From Raillietiella orientalis (lineage: Eukaryota): a stretch of DNA of 64,000 bases. Shown here one piece after another: positions 1 through 11,972 of the stretch. The first letter of the stretch is position 1. Every line of letters starts with the position of its first letter. The stretch is from assembly GCA_036172245.1 (NCBI GenBank), contig JAYWIR010000023.1:434001-498000 (forward strand), in the 5' to 3' direction. The notes beneath the pieces are model-generated. The model was not told the DNA's origin. It did not search any database and worked only from the letters and a program-made list of their open reading frames with translations. The position numbers were made by a program, and so were the translations under genes.

Positions 1-879
1 GAAGTTTTATTCACAGTTCAGATTTATGCATCCCTGATTTGCCTTTTAATCCTTCATGTTTATTTGGTGCTATTGCACACCACCTACCCGTCATAGGACG
101 CTAGTATTGCTGTTCTGGTCACAATTTTATTTTGGTCAGTCTTGTACAATTCATAACCTTTACTAGCATGCTCAGAGTGTCTTCCTGAAGCGTGTTTTTT
201 CAGCGACCTGGTTCGCTTGGCGAGCAGTTTGACGCGTGTAACACGCTCTGGGATAACAATTTTTTACATCCAGAGTGGAACCGATAGAGAAGCCAAACAT
301 CTTGATTTCGCTTGTCTTTTCCGTTGCCTTATCCAGGAAGGATTGGTGTATTCCATCTTGTTTGTTTGTGTGTGTGCCAAAACAGTCAATCACGAATCTC
401 AAAAATGAAGGTGCAATGTCGACGTTCAGTGCTCAGATCACATGGAGAGCCTGGAGAAACTGTTGGTTTCTTGGATCTTAGTAAACCTACTAGCTGTCTT
501 TGTTGCGATACTTCTTGAGTATATCCAAACAGGGCAACTGGCTCGGATTTTGTTTTGAGCAAAGTCTTTTGTGCAGATTTCCGGACTCAATAGAAGCAAT
601 TCGGGTTCCAGGGTTCTCCAAGTCACTGCATTCGTCATATGTGTGTGTTTTAAAGAGTATTCCCCCCTTGCAAATGCATTTCCGAGTAATGTTTCCACTG
701 TCATCATCGCGTCTGTCGAGAGAACTCTGGACACGTCAGTCTACATTTCTTTTTGTCTCTGTGTCCGCTTCTGAGCATATGAGCGCTGTTTTCAGTCCTG
801 AGTGCCAGTCGTCGGAATATCGAAAAATGTTTACGAGAAGTGATCCAGGGTACAATATAGTTTCAAATATGTTTTGCAG

Positions 880-3800
880 AGCACGGCTCGAGGACTCTTA
901 TTCCAGAAGGCTGCAGAAGCTTGCAAAAAAGCTGCAGAAACTATGTCAAGAGATGCCTGGGTATGTTTCAGAGTCCTGGCTACACGTCGGTCGCCAGATG
1001 GAGAACGAAGGCAGCGCCCACAAGTAAGTATTCCGTCTCATTCTTATTTTCCCGATGATCGTTTGTCTTCTGCTTTTTCTAAACGAAATCCCATGGCTCA
1101 GCGTGCTTCCCTCTGCGATCGGTCTTGCGGGTACTTTTTCGGCACGCGGTTTACCTGCAGCGCTTTTCGTGCCGTCTGTATTCGTCTTTTCGCACCTGGC
1201 GTGGTCCTCGAACTAGATTCAAGCGGAAATATACTCCTTCCATCTTCCTATAATCAGGAAACACATCTTAGGAATTGTCCTGTCGTCGAGCCTTTGTCCG
1301 AAATCAGTATTTGTTTCGAGATGAGGCGAGATGATTTGACCTTTGAGACTGGATTCATCCTCAAGGGTTTGAGCTCACTGGTAACCAGACAATCCGAAGC
1401 GGCCACTCTCTTCCTAGATTGTCTTCCTGTGGTATTACAAGTCTGGAAATCAGTGTTTATAATCAATGAGCATGTCATATCAGCAGAAGATTCTCAGAAG
1501 AAAGTAAGCACGAAACCAGCCATATTGGATCCTTGAGGGAATAATCTTACGATCCGTCATGCTGTTTTGGTGTCGTTCGGATTTTGCTTTGTGTAAGGGC
1601 ACTTCGCTTGAACCCTCTGATCCTAAGTAGTTGCGATCTCTAACGGTTCTCTTTGTGTGCGTGTGAGAAATGTTCCAATGTTCCAGTGACTTCCAATGGG
1701 ACATCTGGTCACGGATCACTCGAGGATCCATCGTGACGCGTCACCTTGACTTACGCGCATATGACCGAACAGAACAGATGCCGTTGACTGTGAAGACACT
1801 ACAGTTAGTTTGATCGTGAATTCTCCAGAACAAAAGAATCCGAAGCGTTATCCTGTTTGCGATCGTATTCTGTCTCTGTTTGCCTTGTCCTGTTGTTTTT
1901 TTCATCATGTCTTATTGTGTGTTTTGTCCTGCCCCTGTTCTCTATTGTATTGTTTTTTATCCATTTGGGTCGATTCACGTTTTCGGTCTCAATAAAATGT
2001 GCGTAGGTCAAGAGGTAACGCCCCTGCTTGTCCTCTGCTTTACCTCTTGACCTATGCTCATTTTCCTCCCTGATCATCTATTAGTGCTCTGTTTTGTTTT
2101 CGCCTTTAACTAATCGTTCCGCATCGCTGTAGCTTCACAGTAGCGGCAACTTTGGTTTCCCACTTGCATCCGTTGTTTTGGCAATGGTTTGGTCATCTAG
2201 TATAAAATCGCATTTAGAAAGTCGTACTATTGTCTGGTTTCTTTAGGCTCCTGAACAGGATTGGAGGTTTCGTATCGCCTGGGACTTGTTGCAGCCTCAA
2301 GAGCGAACATACAGTCTAATAAAGTGCGACTGATTCTAATCCTCTTCTATGGGAATGCGCAGCATCCTTTCGTGTTAGATTCGCATGTTTCTTTTCCCAC
2401 TTGGATCTCCTTGACAAACGCAGTATCATTCCTTCTCGAACTGACTTCTCTCGTTCCTGGGATCGATTCTGCTCGGTTCTAGAATGAACGGGGAAGAAGA
2501 ACCTGGATTTCGTACGAAACCTCAGGTGGTTTTCTTATTTTTTCTGAGAAACGAAGGTAGAAAGTCCACGAAGGGAATCGTGGACAGCAGAGTCAAATGT
2601 GGCCTCCTGCCGCGATCCTTTCATCGTACTCAGTTTCCAAAGCGCTTGTCTTGCCCACGAATGTTACCCGAAGACCTCCAGTGTGTCACCGCTGCTATTT
2701 TTGAAATAGGAATCCCTACTAGATTCCTGAGCTCGTCGTTATCGGAACGGACGACCAAGCCCATCCTTCTCCTGGTCGAGGAGCAGTCCAGAATCCGCAA
2801 GTCCATTGAGAACATGGTGGAAAGCTCATTGAAGAAGATGAGTGATTCTCGTTCCGTGGAGGGAAAGCTCAAGAAGGAATGTTTCATGGGCAACAGGCAG
2901 TACGAACGCTTCCTGCAGCTGCTGAACGACACAGAGCGGGTCGCCGGTAGAGGACCGGCGGACAGGAACGCTTCTGAGAAACACATGCACAAGGTATCCG
3001 TGCGGACGGTGGGCAGTGGCTGGGAGACGGGGGGAGCAGAAGTCGAGAGAGTAAAGGAGGCGCACTACTCTTTTTTAAGCTGCAGACCAAAGCACGGAAG
3101 ATGGACAACTCTCTGCATCAGCTGGAGAACAACTACTTCTCATCTTGCCTGCGAGCCGAGCGCTGTCGGTACGATGTCCACTCAGCGGTGTGTAGGGCCG
3201 TCGACTACTTTGTGGCCATGGAACGCGAAAGACAGAAGCTGATGGATAGCGCCTTTCAGGAGTACCGCGAGTGCATCAGGCACCATCCTGCCATGCTGGA
3301 AAATGTAAGCTTCCCCATCCTCCTCTATTCCCTACGGGCAGCGCGTCTCCGCCGTTCAACCCTCTCCCGTACCGTGTCTAGGTTTGGGGGGGGATTTTGA
3401 TTGGCATTGCTCCTTGCGCCTCCCCTTTCTGCATCTAGGATCCTCCGCATCAACCTAAAGCTTCTGGTTTTATCCAAGACTGCGATCACGAGATTACTGA
3501 CTCCTTCCCCGCCCATGCGACCCACGCCACCTCACATGGTGTCCATTTTGCGATGCATCAGCTTCTTTTTCGAAACCCTGGACGCATCTGCGCTTGCCTT
3601 TCTCTCATCGTCGTGTCCTCCCCCCATGCGCACACCACGATTTCTCCAAGATTCCCTGAATATCAGCTCGTTCCCCTAGTGATTGTCAGCCCGCGTGGGT
3701 GGCTGGCAGGAGCTTAGCATATCGCCGTGGGCACCAGCGCCGCCACGTCCTTGGTTGCCGGTGTATGCAGCTCAAAAAGGGACATCGAGAGGCGGATGCA

Positions 3801-6468
3801 AATACGGAAGCTGTGTCGCAAGCCAAAAGCGCAGACGCCAGTCGCGCCGTTCTTCTGGTGTCCGTAATGCAGACGCTGGGTCTCCAACGTTCTTTCAGGG
3901 TATTTTCCTGTGGCTTCGGAAAAGTCTTTTGGCAGTTGCAGCGGTTTTACCCACAGACTTGGTAGGGACAAACGTTTTCAGAAGCCGGAACGTTACAGGG
4001 TACCAATGTACTCCCCACTGCGGACAACCAGTGTTGATCGGCGTGACGGTGGAGTGCAGAGCGCCTAGTGCTTCAGAAGAAGCAGATTTTACGCCGCAAA
4101 TGTTTTAATAGGGTAGTCGGTGGGAATCAGAGATTCCCGCCTAGCGCATTCTAAGCGACGAAGCCAACCGTCGCTTAGGCGGCGCTAGGCGAGGCAGACG
4201 ACGAAGACGCGAAAAGAGCCCCCTCTCCTTGGGCACGTACCTGGAATCCAGGAACTGCATTCTTCATCTTCGCGGGTGACGCGCGCGCCGTGTTCCATTG
4301 CGATCCTTGGCCACCGGAAGTTCTTACACAATGTCATGGCCACGACTCTCGTCTGCCTGGAAAGCGGCTGCTTTTTATGCATCAGCCCGGCTGCAGCCCC
4401 ACTTGATGCGTCGGCTGTACTCGTAGCTGGTTTTGCGTCTCCGCGAAGAGTGGATGCGATCAGGGTTTCGTCTTCCTACGAAGAGTTTGAGTCGATTTAC
4501 TCTCCGACCGAGGAAGAGGGGAGGCCTATCCGCTACTGTAGGCCTCGCAGCTGACCTCAATTCCCAATCCTTTGCAGATGTCGAGGAGCGTCTTCGATTA
4601 CGAGTCCTCCGATGCAGACGATCATGCGGAAGACATTCTGCTGGTCAAAGGCGACGAGATCTTCAGCGAATTGCTGTACCTTCCCGATTTTTACGCCGAA
4701 GACTTGGAAAATCCCATGGATCGCGATCGAAGGATCCAGGTGACTTGCATATCTTGGACAGAGAGAGCTTCTTGCTCGCATTCCTGTTTCCGTCTGGACC
4801 TATTCCTAGGATGAGCCTTGACACCTTTGTCGTCACTTCCCCGCAGACTGGCGAGTTCTCCATTTTTCTTCCCCTGACTACCCGCACCCTATTCCTCATC
4901 TCTACGAGAAGAACTGTGAAGTTGTTTGTTTCCTTTCGAAACGGTGGTGGCGCCTCATTTGCCTCACCGAACTTTCCCTTCTGCCAACGCTTCCACCGTC
5001 TTCTACGAAACTCCTGGGGAACCTGAGAGTGCGAACGCGTATTCCTGTCCCTGTTTTTATCCGGGTTGCGGGGAGGACGAGGGGCGTGGTTTGGGGTGCG
5101 GAGAGAGAGTCTCCAGGCTTGGGCTTCTTGTGATGACGGCGTTTTAGTGCCTTCGTAAGATCCTGTTCCTCCTACGAGGGAACATCGAGAAAGAGGAGGA
5201 GAATCTAGATAAGGAAGGACTGCATGACTCCCTGCCCGACTACGTGGAGACCATCACGAGAACCATGACGTACCAGCCGCACGGAGTTTCCAGCTTGAAA
5301 CTGCGGCGGGTGAGACACCCTTATCCACGAGGAGCTGCCTCCATCAGGTTCCGCCTCCTATTCCCTCTCTAGGCGAAGACTATGCTGGTGTTCCTGGAGG
5401 CCACCAAGTACAAGATGGAGAAGACGCTGATGAGCCTAGAGGATCGCCCTTGGCAACCGACCGCCTCGCTGGACGAGCGCATCGCCACGCACAAGGACGT
5501 CAAGGGCATTCGGCAGAGCATCCTGGATGCAGGTCAATGCGGTCTTTGGAGAGATTACCCACAGCCCGCTCGCCGTCGAACAAACGACAAGAACGCGCAC
5601 TCTGACTCGGGTACGTGCGTGACTGCACCTTAGACTCTTTCGAGGTTCTTTTTTTGTGGATTTCCTTCGGCACGCTTGGGGAGGAAACGAACGGACATCA
5701 GCGTTCGTCGACGGGATCGAGGGTCGCGTCGCGAAGACCATTTTCAAGGAGTAAGGGACGTACTCCCTGCGAATCGAAGGTGACGGTAGCAGACTCCTTA
5801 AGAGGTGGAAAGGCAAACAGTCTATGGACTATCGGCCTTATCAGTGGTCTCTGTCTTCTTTTCTCTCTCTCTCTCTCTCTTTGCGCCATGGGCGAAGCCG
5901 AAAGAGAGTGCTGGCTATGTTGCCGGAACCCAATCTGCTGGCAGTGAGTCTGCCGCCGACTCCTTCGACTTGATGTATGCGGCAGCACGGTCATGATCTC
6001 ACAGGATGGGCTTCCCGGGTGTTTTCCAATATGGTCCATCTATTTCTCCCTGTGGCCGCGTGTTTTCCGGGTTACTTGGGCGGTGACGAATCGATGAAAG
6101 CCATAATGAGACGATGGCAACGATGACGACTGTATGTAATAATGAATTCCCTAGGTGAATACGAGCATGTGATCCACGAGGAAGAGGAGGAGCTCCCCGG
6201 AACTTTGTGCCAAGCCCTGTACGACTACTCCTCAGACATGCCGGACGAGCTGTGCTTTCGTGCCGGTAGGTGGCGCCTTTGGTGCGCGCGCGCCTCCTCT
6301 TTCCCTTCGCACTCAGTCACCATTTCCCGCTCCATGCCCTCCCCCCCCCCTGCAGGTGACATCATCGTTCTGCAGAACAAGCTATCAGATGACTGGTGGC
6401 AGGGGAAGGTGGGCGGAGCTTCGGGCATCTTCCCTGCGACTTATGTGGAAGAGCTGGCAACCGAGTAG
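880..6468 (+). CDS. Nostrin: Nostrin-like F-BAR + coiled-coil (HR1-like) + SH3 protein, 5'-partial; exons 880-1023, 2723-2993, 3080-3304, 4578-4739, 5148-5309, 5373-5532, 6155-6265, 6356-6468
   Basis: All introns are GT-AG and phases join into one frame. Peptides RARLEDSYSRRLQKLAKKL, YFSSCLRAERCRYD, LPDFYAEDLENPMDRDRR and MLVFLEATKYKME resemble arthropod Nostrin. The C-terminal SH3 is ALYDYSSDMPDELCFRAGDII...DDWWQG...GIFPATYV. The first exon(s) were not found in the window. Confidence 0.85.
3740..3910 (+). mobile_element. Possible piggyBac C-terminal Cys-rich domain remnant in a Nostrin intron
   Basis: Frameshifted translation WLPVY...RGGCKYGSC...KRRR / FWCP*C / LGLQRSFRVF resembles the piggyBac HWP...RCxxC...CxxC...CFxxFH tail. 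Confidence 0.3.
4139..4190. repeat. Imperfect 52-nt hairpin in a Nostrin intron
   Basis: GCCTAGCGC-att-CTAAGCGACG-aagccaac-CGTCGCTTAG-gcg-GCGCTAGGC: 9-bp and 10-bp stems with an 8-nt loop. Confidence 0.9.
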
Positions 6469-7328
6469 CACAAGAAGATGGTTTATCCGTCTTCCCAGGG
6501 ATTCCCCGATTTCCGGTACCGGCTGGTTGCGGTTGTCACCCACCCCACCTGCCCTGACTTCTCTTCATGGAACGTCAGCGCCAACTGACTACAAAGAATA
6601 GAACCCAGCGGATTCTGGAAAATGTTTGTCTTCTTCGTGTCCACGTTGGGTACGACCACATTGCCGCGGCAAGCGCATAGGCGGATCCAGTAATCGTGGC
6701 GCCAGCACAAACTGCCGGCGATTTCGGAGTCTCCCCAGTTCCCTTTCAGGGGTCGTGCTTTTCTGGAGGCGGGTCGTCCTCTCCCTCCTCTCATCCTCCA
6801 GGAAGGCATTTTTCCCGCTTCCTTGAAGGCTGCAGAGTGCAGCCGGAGGAAAACTCTTCGAGAGCAGCATCAGTATCAGGAAAGCCCTCTGCCTTGTACA
6901 CCTGTGGCCTCCTCCCCTTTTCGCTCGTTGTCCAGCAGATCGATCTCTCTTTTGCTTCACCGCTGGCGGTGCGCTCGCGGCAGGTTAGCAGGGAAGCAGG
7001 GAACTGAGTTTTCTTTTTTTTTTCAACAGGGGCGTTGAGGACAACGTATTCACACCCCTCCTTTGGGGAAGCAGTTTCCCTGGTCCCAATCAATCGTCCC
7101 ACCTTGACCCTCCCCGTTTTTTTTTTCCCCTGCACTTTGCCTTTTGCATCGTGGGAAAGCGTGCGCTGGTAGCGCAGTGGTGGCAGGGGAGGGGGAGGGA
7201 GTCTGGTGGTGCCTCTTTCTTCTTTTGTGGTCCCCCCCCCCCCTTTTGCCGCGGTCCAGAGCACCTGCAAAAGCACAACCCGATCTGCTGCATCCGGTCG
7301 TCCTAGAAAGTGCGGCAAAGGGCGCCTT

Positions 7329-7334
7329 TTTATT
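7329..7334 (-). terminator. Putative polyadenylation signal AATAAA of the CUB gene
   Basis: The minus strand reads ATA-TAA-ATAAAAA, so the hexamer overlaps the last base of the stop codon. Confidence 0.5.
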
Positions 7335-10300
7335 TATATGCTGGCTGCAGCGCAAGGGCTCTGGTTGTAGTTGATGCAAAATCCCTGCGACATTATTGTG
7401 TTGGTGTCCTGGAGGGCAGCGGTGCGGAAGCGGAAGACGAAGGGCCTCATGAGAGCTGCAAGGAGGAGGAGGAAGAGGGCGGCAGTAGAGTCGGAACGTG
7501 CGGGGCGCGTATTGCCGCCGAGATGACGCTGCAGCGCGCTACTCACTGCACACGGGCATCGGCTCGGCTGTCTGGGCGGCGAGGGTTGGCTGAAGGGTGC
7601 CCCCGCAGAAGCGGTCCGCCGTGCAGGCTTGGCCCACCATGTTCATGGCGAGTCCGCAGGGGATCTCGAGGTAGGCTGTCTCGCAGTTCGCGCCCATGGT
7701 CCCGTCGTTGTCCCCCAAGTCCATTGCGGTGCTCAATCCGAAGCCCGAAGGGGGATCCTCGCACTGCGACAAGCAGATGGTGCAGAAGCCCGCCTCGGTG
7801 CGCACGCAGATGGCGTAGTTTTGGTTGGAGATCATCCTGCCGGCGTTCATGGACACCCAGTTGAAGGATGAGAAACCCCCGGACGAGCCCATGAAGTACT
7901 GCAGGCAGCCGTCGGGCGCTGGAAGAGCGGCACTGGCGGAGAGCTCGCCTCGCTTCGTTTCCCATCCTCCTTCACCGGCAGGGATGCGGAAGAAGCTCCT
8001 CGAAGCCCCTGCCGAATCTCGTCCTCTTCCCACTACCCAGCGACACCAACCCCCCACCCCACCCCTTTCATCTCTGGGTACCGGCCATCGTCCCTGCAGA
8101 GAAAGGGATCCTCTGCTTTCGCTCGCGCGAGAGGTGGGGTTCCCAGTGGGAACAGGGCAAAAGAACAAGAAAAGGCGAAGCGGAGTCTCCACCCCTTTCA
8201 GGGGGAGGAGGAGAGGAGGGGAGCACAGACGTGTGTCATCTTTGAGGTATGCCGCCGCATAAGGGGGCGACATCAACGCCGCGCCGACAGAAGTCGACGG
8301 ACGGAATCAACCCTAGACTCCTGCTCTGCACGACGTTGCGATGGCAGGGGCGGGAGGGATGGACCCTTAGGGAGAAGCTGGGGAGGGGCTTGCATTACCT
8401 GCGCTGAAAGATTGCCTGGGAATCTGCGAAACGAGGATGTCCCACTGGCGGTTGTCCGCAGCTGTGGGGGGTGCGGCAGCACCCATGGGGTTCGTAGTGG
8501 TCACGGTCAGATAGACCTGGGTGGTTGCTGGACCCAGGTGGATGTACACTAGAAGGGTGAAGAAGGTAGCGATTTCCCTCATGAGAGACGTGGCTTCCAG
8601 CGGTTGCCACCGCTTTTCCCCTTTCCTCTTTTCTACACACTCACTGTGTTGCCCCGTGTTGGTCCCACAGATGGTCGGGACGACCTGGGAAGAGGACCCC
8701 GTGGCCACCGTGAACGTGTCCGTGGCGCAGATGGTCATTGCGTCCGGTGCGTTCAGCACGAAGGTGTTGAAGTCGAGCCTGCAAGGAGGCATGGGGCCTC
8801 CCGCGGGTTCAATGGCGAGCCCCTTACACCGGATGGACGCACCTGATCTGCCCGATGTCCCTGTTCAGCTTGATGACGGTCAGCTGGCACGTTCCGGGGA
8901 TGGGAATGGCTGACGGCGTTTGGTCTGGGAGTCCAGAGGTGAGGCTCCGGAAGTAGGTCATGTTGAGGGCGCTGACCGTCCCGCAGGAAGCCCTGACGAC
9001 TACAAGGAACCAGGGGTTGGTGATGGCGGTGCTCTTCTCGGGCGAGGTGGGGGGAAGGGGAAGGAGGAGGAAGGACTCACCTGTGCAGCAGATGCCGAAG
9101 CCGAGGGCACAGTAGCCGTTGTAAATGCCATTGTGGCTGATGCACTGTTGTTTGGTGACACATGTTCCGCTCAGCAACAGAGTGTCCCCAAAGCAGGGGT
9201 AGTTTTGGAAGCGGACAATGGAAAGTACTGGAAAAGGAGAATAACGCCTTGAAGGGGGATGCAAAGGTGGAACCCAGTCCACCCCGTTCCCGTCTTTTCC
9301 CGAGTTCCCCGCCTCAACGCGCGCTTGCGCTGCGGGCATGCCCCAGGGAGCGGCGGTCCTGTTCTCTACCGAAGGATGACATCCAGTGTGGTCGCTTTTC
9401 GGAAGACAAAAACAGTGCGGCGGCGTGCGCAGGGCCCGCGCAGCAGCGCGTGCACCTGCTTGCTTTTCGCGGTTCTGCCTGGTTGCCTTTCTTCAGGCTG
9501 AACTTCTCCCTCGAGGAAGGGGGGGGAGGGGTGGGGGGATGTCTTCAGTCGTTGCTGCGTCCGAGGTGCGCTCGCGTGGCAGCCCTGCTGGTCTCTCAGC
9601 CTGCGGAAAGCCGGGAAAAGTCCGAGCAGCGTGAGGGCGAAAGGTCTCTGGCGATCTCTCTCTCGATCACCGTGTGAAAAGGCCGCGCGGTTGCTAACGA
9701 GAGCGTGCGCGATGCGATGACCCAAGCGCGCGCGCCCAGCACGTGGGTGTGGGCGCGCTCGGGGCGCGTGCTGTACTCAGCAGCAACAATCATCGCCCCC
9801 GTTTTCCTGTTCTTTTCCGTGTGACCTTCGTAAGCCTGTCATTCAAAGATAAAAATAAACAACGCTTTGCGGTCAATGGTTTGAGACGCCCAGTTGTGAG
9901 CCAGATCAGCCACTACCGAAGAGTCGCGCGTTTGGCCGGCACGGGAGAGAATTGGGCAGGAGAAGCATCCTTCGAGTGGTGGATCATCTGAAATTCTTCA
10001 GAAGAGCAAACCCTCGTTTATGTTTTCTTGGCTCTTTATTTATTTTATTTTTTTATTTTGGAGCGGTTGGCTTTTACCCGCTTCCTAACTCTGGGCCCCT
10101 GTTTTTTTTTTTATATATTGTATTCAAAGCTAAAATAAAAAACCAGTCGACCTTGTCGAGTTCTCAACAATCTGAACTAGGCCTAACTGTTTGTTGCCCG
10201 CTATCTTTTTTGTTTGTTTGTTTTTGAAAAGTAAACAATGGAATCGTTTGATATTTTCGGACACTCTCAACAATCTGAGCTAGGGTTAATTCTTTTTTTA

Positions 10301-11912
10301 TTCATTGTTTCAGAGAGTAAACAATAGGACCTGTGCAAACTTTTTGAAAAGTTGCTACAATGTGATTGTTTATCTTCATGTTTTTTTCAAAAAAAAAGAA
10401 AAAAAAAATCTAAACTGAAGCAAGGAAACGCTCTTACCACAAACATGAGTTACTGATGTGTTGACCGTAGGGGAATTCCAGTTTTCTGCGTATTTTTTTG
10501 TTTTTGTTGTTCGGAATCGCGGAAGATGTCCGAGTGAACGGAACTTCATCTGGCCCAAGGGACGTCCCACTTCCCCCGAGTAACGCGTAAGCGCAAACAG
10601 CGGCTTCCGCGTAAACAGCGCCACGTCGACGTAGGTGCGACGGACTTCCTGTCGCCCACCGATCACTTGTCGCCGGGTCGAGGATGCTAACTTTCGCCCC
10701 CGCGGATCCTCCGAGTTTTCCAGTCTCTTTTCGGATGGAAGGAGCGCTCGAGGAAAGGAAGCTCCTTGTCTTTTCACGGCTGCAAGCTTTTCCCAAGATC
10801 CGAAAGGACTCGTGAACAACCTCTTCGCTCGTGGATCGTCTGAAGAAGGAAACCTGCTTCGACGACCGGCCAAGTATTCGGGTAGCGGAGGAACGGGAGA
10901 GGGGGCGAGGCGAGGATGCGTCTATCTCGGACCCTGTCGAACCTGCCCGGAGGGAGCCTTCACGGGCAAGGGCACATCCGGGTCTATTTTTCCTCGGGAG
11001 AGGAAGGGGGGAGAAGGAGGGGAACTCTGAAAGTCATCCGTGAAGACATTTGTGCGCAAACTCCCATCTCGGACATCCTTTTCCTCTCTCCCCCGCTGTA
11101 GCTGTGGCGGCTAGGTCCCCAGACATGCGCGCAAGCTCTTTCGTAGTATGCACTGGGATCGTTTTGTGGAGGCGGTATTTCCGTGCGTGCGTCCAGTCCT
11201 CGCTCCAGAGGGAAAACGGCGCGCACCCTTCCTCCCGGATGTGGGGGCGGATACAGGTCTTTCCCTCTGGTTTCGTTCTTGGAGATTCTGATTGCTGTTA
11301 AGAATACCAGAGGAACCGTGTCTTGGTCCGGTCAACGTCCAACAGTACCCTCGACCAGACCGCGTTTCTCTTCTCCGCAGCGATGCCGGGATTGACGGTC
11401 CTGCGAACCCGTGCAAGGAAGAATGCATTGTCACGTGAGAGTGCCCGCCCAGTTTTCTGTGTGTCCATTGAGGGAAAGTCCTTTCCGTCTCCCCAGCTTG
11501 TTCGCAGCGCGCTCCCTCCTAGGAACGCAAGTGGCCACCCTGAGAAAGCTCAGCTGCCTTGAGGAGGAGACCACCCTTGCCTGATGAATATCCTCCAGTT
11601 ACGAGGAAAAATGCTGCGACCAGCAAAAGGATAGAAGGGACTTCGGTCCGGAACAAGTCCTCCTCTCCTTCCTCGGTCGCTCGGTCTTCCGGGAGGGAGG
11701 GAGCGCGCCCGGGAACAGACACCACCTCGCCCGCACCCTTTTCTTCCGAGGAACCCCAGATCCGAGCTTTCCGCTTTTGACGACAGACAAAGAAGTTGCT
11801 TACGTGATCGCTGAGTCTTCTCTTCGCCGGCAGAGCTGTTGGAGGGCGGCAGCGGCGGGACGGACGCGACGAGGGCCGCCGGTAGCACCAGCACCAGCCA
11901 GGGAGCGACCAT
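7334..11912 (-). CDS. Secreted arthropod-type CUB-domain protein (signal peptide, Cys-rich N-domain, two CUB-like domains), ~396 aa; exons 11912-11804, 9227-9081, 8999-8843, 8778-8645, 8548-8399, 7918-7547, 7455-7334
   Basis: Exon lengths sum to 1191 nt in one frame with GT-AG junctions. Hydrophobic leader MVAPWLVLVLPAALVAS. Family motifs IVRFQNYPC...GTC...C...GYCALGFGICC, QIRLDFNTF, ICGTNTGQHMY, APDGCLQYF, NQNYAICVRTEAGFC, DRFCG and GFCINYNQSPC. Confidence 0.88.
10162..10330 (+). repeat. Diverged two-unit tandem repeat (~100-bp period) in CUB gene intron 1
   Basis: TCTCAACAATCTGAACTAGG...AGTAAACAAT repeated as TCTCAACAATCTGAGCTAGG...AGTAAACAAT. Confidence 0.7.
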
Positions 11913-11964
11913 GGTGACGCGTACAGAGGAGAGAGCTCTGCCCCCCTCCCGCGGGGGCGTGCCA

Positions 11965-11972
11965 TTTTTATA
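11965..11972 (-). promoter_or_regulatory. Putative TATA box of the CUB gene
   Basis: TATAAAAA on the minus strand in GC-rich surroundings, ending 53 nt upstream of the ATG at 11912. Confidence 0.6.

Noticed and set aside
1419..1503. AG...GTAAGC-bounded segment in the Nostrin intron as an extra exon
   Set aside because: In the required phase it hits a stop (TGA). The flanking exons join in frame without it.
5862..5880. (CT)n microsatellite and the many poly-G/C and poly-A/T runs across the window
   Set aside because: Ordinary simple repeats with no higher-order pattern.
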